DNA of 32,000 nt from Candidatus Kuenenia stuttgartensis. Its GTDB lineage: Bacteria; Planctomycetota; Brocadiia; Brocadiales; Brocadiaceae. Shown here piece after piece: positions 27,449 through 32,000 of the stretch; positions within the stretch are counted from its first letter, which is position 1, and every line of letters begins with the position of its first letter. The stretch is from assembly GCF_900232105.1 (NCBI RefSeq), contig NZ_LT934425.1, positions 2,580,001 to 2,612,000 of the forward strand. Direction: 5' to 3'. Below the pieces are notes generated by a model that was not told the origin of the DNA, did not search any database, and worked only from the letters and a program-made list of their open reading frames with translations. Made by a program: the position numbers and the translations under genes.

Positions 27449-28621
27449 ATGAAATTCATCTCTTTTAATATTTCTAAATACCTTGATAAATTTAAAAAAA
27501 CTGCATCAATCGCAGAAAAACCATCCTTTATCAGGACAAATAAACAGATTTCTTTGATTATCGGAAGTATCTTTGCAATTTGTGTTGTTTCCCTTTGTTG
27601 CTATTGGTTTCTTAAAGAAAAACCTTATTATGAAAAACTGCTTTTAGAAAAGGATGAACAAATAAAGACGTTAAAATTTTTACGCATGAAACGGCAAAAG
27701 ATCGATGAAAATGCGTTCGAAGCAAAAATTGCCGAGTATGATGAAAAAATAAAAAATGAATACATTCCCAGGTCTTTTTATGAGGAAAAGATAAAGGAAT
27801 CTGAAGAAAAACTCGCTTCTTATGAAGGGGATTATTTTTCAAAAAAAGAACACGAAAAACAGATGAAGGAATTAGAACAAAAATTCAGAGAAGATCATTT
27901 ATTGGAAATAACTGCTATTAAAAAAGAAAGTGAAAAGAAAACGACAAGGCTTGAGCAGAAAATATCCTTACTGAAGGACAAAAATTTTGAACTTACGAAT
28001 ATTTTTGACAAATCAGTTGGTTTTATTGAAAAAGAAAAAGAGGCATTGGAAAATGCCCTTTCTGCAGAAAGGAAAAAGGCCTTCATATCTTCATTGATTC
28101 TACCTGAAACTCAAAATAAAACATTAGATGCCAATACACTCAAAAAACTTGTTGCAATAAAAGAAAAATTAGAAAATATTGAGAAACTGAATATCAGCTT
28201 AAACTCAAACACTTACTTTGAATTGGGACTTATTTCCTATTATAACGGTCAATATGAAAAAGCAATAGAACAGTGGGAAAACGCGGTATCTCTCAACAAA
28301 AACAATTTAAGAGCGTATTTATGTCTGGGAATAGCATACAACCAGGAAAATATGTCGGAAAATGCTATTATAATTTTAAAACGAGCAATAACAGTCAACC
28401 CAAAACATGCAACCTTGCATCTAGCGCTGGCACGTATTTATGAAGAAAAAGAGCTGTTAGATAGTGCTATCTATGAATATTCAAAAGTATTGGAAATACA
28501 GCCAGACACCGTTGAAATATTAAACAATTTAGGTAACTTATACGAAAAAAAAGGTATGAAAGAAGAAGCAAGAAAGGCATTTGAAAGATATAGAAAATTA
28601 AAAAATGATACTACTGGTTAA
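27449..28621 (+). CDS. Membrane-anchored coiled-coil and TPR-repeat protein
   Basis: TM segment (ISLIIGSIFAICVVSLCCYWFL), long charged coiled coil, then TPR units (LRAYLCLGIAYNQENMSENAIIILKRAITVNPKHATLHLALARIY). Confidence 0.88.
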   Translation: MKFISFNISKYLDKFKKTASIAEKPSFIRTNKQISLIIGSIFAICVVSLCCYWFLKEKPYYEKLLLEKDEQIKTLKFLRMKRQKIDENAFEAKIAEYDEKIKNEYIPRSFYEEKIKESEEKLASYEGDYFSKKEHEKQMKELEQKFREDHLLEITAIKKESEKKTTRLEQKISLLKDKNFELTNIFDKSVGFIEKEKEALENALSAERKKAFISSLILPETQNKTLDANTLKKLVAIKEKLENIEKLNISLNSNTYFELGLISYYNGQYEKAIEQWENAVSLNKNNLRAYLCLGIAYNQENMSENAIIILKRAITVNPKHATLHLALARIYEEKELLDSAIYEYSKVLEIQPDTVEILNNLGNLYEKKGMKEEARKAFERYRKLKNDTTG

Positions 28622-28666
28622 ATTGCCTTCCCCCAAGGACTTAAAAATTAAATGACTTTGCATTGC

Positions 28667-29341
28667 TTAGCATGCGCCTTTTTTGCTCAATACTGCAAAC
28701 AAGGTCAAAAAGATAATTTTAATATCCAGAAATATTGATCTGCTACGTACATACGCTATATCATATTTTACCCAATCACCGAATTTCCCTGTAGGTCTGC
28801 CATAAATCTGCCACAAACCTGTCAGGCCAGGTTTTGCCGTAAGCCTTATATTTTTCCATAGGTCGTAGCCTGCCATTTCTTCTTTCGCCAAAGGCCTTGG
28901 CCCCACCAGGCTCATTTCACCTTTTAAAATATTAATAAACTGTGGCAATTCATCAATGCTCCATTTTCTAAGAAATAATCCGATTCTTGTAATCCTTGGG
29001 TCTTTTTTTATTTTAAATACCGGCCCTTCCATTTCATTAAGAAGATTTTTTTTCAAAATCTCGGCATCATCAACCATGGTTCTGAATTTTAACATAAAAA
29101 ATTCTTTACCACTTTTCCCGCAGCGTTTTTGTTTAAAAAAAACAGCGCCTTTACTATCCACTTTGATTAAAACTGCAACAAAGAAAAATATTGGAGAAAA
29201 AAGCATTATAAAAAATAGACTACAGGCAATATCAACCCCCCTTTTTACCACATTTTCTATAGTGTGTTTCATAGTAGAATAATCTTTTGAATCTATATTT
29301 GGGCCAAATACGTCCTGTGTAATAATCTTTTCTGATAACAT
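28667..29341 (-). CDS. Sugar transferase (bacterial undecaprenyl-phosphate sugar phosphotransferase family)
   Basis: KRGVDIACSLFFIMLFSPIF, FFKQKRCGKSGKEFFMLKFRTM, DPRITRIGLFLRKWSIDELPQFINILKGEMSLVGPRP, TAKPGLTGLWQIYGR. Confidence 0.93.
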   Translation of the reverse strand: MLSEKIITQDVFGPNIDSKDYSTMKHTIENVVKRGVDIACSLFFIMLFSPIFFFVAVLIKVDSKGAVFFKQKRCGKSGKEFFMLKFRTMVDDAEILKKNLLNEMEGPVFKIKKDPRITRIGLFLRKWSIDELPQFINILKGEMSLVGPRPLAKEEMAGYDLWKNIRLTAKPGLTGLWQIYGRPTGKFGDWVKYDIAYVRSRSIFLDIKIIFLTLFAVLSKKGAC

Positions 29342-29878
29342 ATAAATCCCCCATCTTCTTCTATAACATTAAAAAAAATACAATTTCAATGCACATGGTG
29401 AAAATTTAGAAAATGTACTCACAGCTTTTAAATATATCAAAATAGCAGACATAGTTTTCACAATTCTTATTATTCATCGCTAATTTTTAAACAATTATCG
29501 ATGATAATTAATAAAGTAGCAATACTTGTGCCAAACATCTATGAAATTTGCTTGTATTATTACTTATTCAGTAATAATTTAAGGTATGGTCAATAGCGTG
29601 AATAAACAATAAACATGTGTTTTGCCTGTTTCACTATTTGCTATTATATAAAAAATATTTATTTATGAATATGATGTATATCACATTTATAAAGATCTTG
29701 TAATAATTCCAGAACTCCTGATCAGGTGGAATTTGATTTGACACCAAATTAAATGTTTGGTGGTAACAGAACGAATCGCAATGGCAATGTCTTTGCTCAA
29801 ACTTTTGTCTATCTCACTGTAATTAATTGACTTAGATACTTTTTTTTGTAAAAAAGAACACTTCTTGAGTTCTGGATT

Positions 29879-29970
29879 TGGTTTTTTGAAAAAGTAGGGG
29901 CGAAGCATTTGCCAGTTTGGGTAGGAATGTATTTATGGCAATTTACAGCAAATGCTTCGCCCCTCCACCA
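29879..29970. repeat. MITE-like repeat copy, truncated at both ends
   Basis: tggttttttgaaaaagtaggggcgaagcatttgccagtttgggtaggaatgtatttatggcaatttacagcaaatgcttcgcccc. Confidence 0.8.
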
Positions 29971-30000
29971 TGAGGCAAAAGAGGATATCCTGCTTTTTAT

Positions 30001-31620
30001 TTACCTCTTCAGATTTTTTATATTTTCCATAACTTCATCGGCATCTGGCGCTTCGGGATTAAGCTTTAAGTAGGTTACATAATCTTTTAATGCTTTTTCT
30101 TTACATGCTAAATCGCGGTGAGTATTTGCACGATGAAGATATGCAAGGGGATTGTAAGGAAAGAGTTCTATGGAGGTATTAAGATCCGAAATGGCTTCAG
30201 AAGGCATTCCTAATATTTTTTTTACAAGTGCACGTTCATAATAAACACCTGCAAGCATTGGTTTCAATGCTATCATTTTGTTAAAATCTTCAAGAGATTC
30301 CCTGAAACGCCCGCTTCCGCGATACGCCTTTGCCCTTATGTAATATGCAAAGGCATTTTCAGGAACAGATTCAATAAAGGTAGTTATGTCCTGTATCGCC
30401 TCTTCGTAACGCATTGCATCGGCATGAAGGATGCTTCTTTTCATGTAAATATCTACATTGCCCGGATCAAGTTCCAATGCCTTATTAAAATCGTTTAACG
30501 CCTTTTCCGGTTCATTTGATTCGGCGTATGCCAGTCCCCTCGCTGCGTAAGCAGGGGCATATGCCGGATCAAAAGTTATCACCATGCTTAAATCGTGTAT
30601 TGTTGATTCTATTTGTCCAATTAAATAGAATGCGATGCCTCTGTTATAATACGCCAATTTTGAGCCGGGGTCTAATGATATTGCCTTGTTATAATCCATT
30701 ATGGCAGTATCAATATTTTCCATTTTGGCGTGATATGACCCCCGGTTATAATACGTCGACGCATAATCCGGATTCAAATCAACCGCCCTGTTATAGTCTG
30801 CTATTGCCAGTTCATTATTGCCAAGTTTTTCGTGGAGTACGCCCCTGTCACAAAAAGCAACTGCATCGGTATCGCGCAATGCCATAGCTTTGTTCACGTC
30901 GTGTAATGCATCTTTTAAATTGCCTTTTTGTTTTTGAACAAGGGAACGATTTAAATAAACACTGGCAAGCACCTCATCCACGGTAAGGTTTTTTAAATAA
31001 TATCCATTCACAATACTTTTTTCAGAGATAGCCTTTCCTGGAACGTTTATGTAATAACGATCCGGTATGGAAAGTCCGTTATAACCTGTCTCTATGTTTA
31101 TTTTATAACTTCCGTCATCATATCGCACAAACATATGTTCCGGCACACTTACTCCATATACCGGCAATTGAAGATTCTCTGCTATGCAAAGATACAGGAG
31201 AGATAATCCTACACAGTTTCCAATTTTATTGTCCAATACCTTATTTAGAAATATATATTCAATATCCCCCTTTTGTGTATATTTAAACCCGAATGTATCA
31301 AAAAGAATAGCATTTATCGTACTGATGATATACTCCGGCGTTTTATTTTTTCCTACAGATGTTTTTATGCTTTCACATATTTCATCTAATTGTTGAAGGT
31401 AATGTGTTTTGTCTATTCCCTGGCAGGATTCCGAGGCAATGTCAAGAATAATGCTTGCAATACCTTTTTTCTCCGGTTCGATTTCCCATACATGGTTAGG
31501 AATATGGTCATCTGCTGATACGTGAAAAGCAACGTTTCCCTTATCCGTAAAAAAGAAACCCTCATAGATTGCACAAAGAAGAAAACAAAGTAGCAGGGCT
31601 TTTTTAACGCTATGTTCCAT
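30001..31620 (-). CDS. Secreted transglutaminase-like domain + TPR-repeat protein
   Basis: GNCVGLSLLYLCIAENLQLPVYGVSVPEHMFVRYDDGSYKINIETGYNG (Cys/His/Asp-Glu transglutaminase-like core) followed by many TPRs; likely start MEHSVKKALLLCFLLCAIYEGFFF. Confidence 0.87.
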   Translation of the reverse strand: MEHSVKKALLLCFLLCAIYEGFFFTDKGNVAFHVSADDHIPNHVWEIEPEKKGIASIILDIASESCQGIDKTHYLQQLDEICESIKTSVGKNKTPEYIISTINAILFDTFGFKYTQKGDIEYIFLNKVLDNKIGNCVGLSLLYLCIAENLQLPVYGVSVPEHMFVRYDDGSYKINIETGYNGLSIPDRYYINVPGKAISEKSIVNGYYLKNLTVDEVLASVYLNRSLVQKQKGNLKDALHDVNKAMALRDTDAVAFCDRGVLHEKLGNNELAIADYNRAVDLNPDYASTYYNRGSYHAKMENIDTAIMDYNKAISLDPGSKLAYYNRGIAFYLIGQIESTIHDLSMVITFDPAYAPAYAARGLAYAESNEPEKALNDFNKALELDPGNVDIYMKRSILHADAMRYEEAIQDITTFIESVPENAFAYYIRAKAYRGSGRFRESLEDFNKMIALKPMLAGVYYERALVKKILGMPSEAISDLNTSIELFPYNPLAYLHRANTHRDLACKEKALKDYVTYLKLNPEAPDADEVMENIKNLKR

Positions 31621-31622
31621 AA

Positions 31623-32000
31623 TCAATAGGCATGTTTGTTGATAAAGCCGCGCCATAATGTAAGCCAGATAATCTTCAAATCAAATTTCATCGACCAATG
31701 TTCAATGTAGTATAGGTCGTATTTTATACGTTTTTCAAGGGACGTATTGCCGCGGAAACCGCAAACTTGCGCCCACCCGGTAATCCCCGCCTTCATTTTG
31801 TGCCGTAACATATATTTTGGTGTGGTATTTCTGAAATTCTTTATAAAAACAGGCCTTTCAGGACGCGGTCCGACAATGCTCATATCTCCCCACAACACAT
31901 TAAAAAATTGTGGCAATTCGTCTAAACTTGCCATTCGTAAGAATTTCCCGATTTTCGTACAACGGGGATCGTTTTTCTTTGTCCAGACAGGGCCGGTTTG
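31623..32000 (-). CDS. C-terminal part of a second sugar transferase (continues past the window edge)
   Basis: Frame stays open to 32000: [50 protein letters not shown]...[15 protein letters not shown]. Confidence 0.92.
   Translation of the reverse strand, partial: QTGPVWTKKNDPRCTKIGKFLRMASLDELPQFFNVLWGDMSIVGPRPERPVFIKNFRNTTPKYMLRHKMKAGITGWAQVCGFRGNTSLEKRIKYDLYYIEHWSMKFDLKIIWLTLWRGFINKHAY

Noticed and set aside
1-32000. Search for CRISPR arrays or a canonical defence locus
   Set aside because: No regularly spaced direct repeats and no Cas or helicase/nuclease genes. The DruA-like domain is only in the transposase fusion, with no DruB-E neighbours visible.

Overview
AT-rich bacterial chromosomal window, mostly housekeeping genes with some mobile and repeat-derived sequence. 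Gene style is compatible with an anammox-type planctomycete, but that taxonomic guess is inference only. Main content: (1) 3' end of a parvulin PPIase gene; (2) a roughly 2.3 kb IS-like element (~960-3293, minus strand) whose single long ORF joins an N-terminal DruA/DUF4338-like domain to an IS4/IS50 (Tn5-like) DDE transposase with an intact YREK signature; (3) a compact trio: Lys-rich small protein, secreted protein, radical SAM protein; (4) a YdbH-YnbE-YdbL-like intermembrane lipid transport gene set; (5) gph, hflK-hflC; (6) a RelE/ParE-type toxin-antitoxin pair flanked by a direct duplication of the ydcF 3' end; (7) a secreted S8-like peptidase in which Glu occupies the expected catalytic His position; (8) a K+/H+ antiporter; (9) tmRNA (ssrA); (10) a small membrane protein plus HtrA/Deg protease, plsC, TPR proteins, cutA and a PP-loop tRNA-thiolation-like ATPase; (11) minus-strand polysaccharide genes (two sugar transferases and a transglutaminase-like/TPR protein). 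A dispersed MITE-like palindromic family (GTAACACTTTAGTTTTTTGAAAAA ends with a GGGGCGAAGCATTTGCC arm) recurs through the intergenic regions. No CRISPR array or rRNA was seen. The strongest candidates for something underexplored are the DruA-like/transposase fusion, the Glu-for-His subtilase and the MITE-like family.
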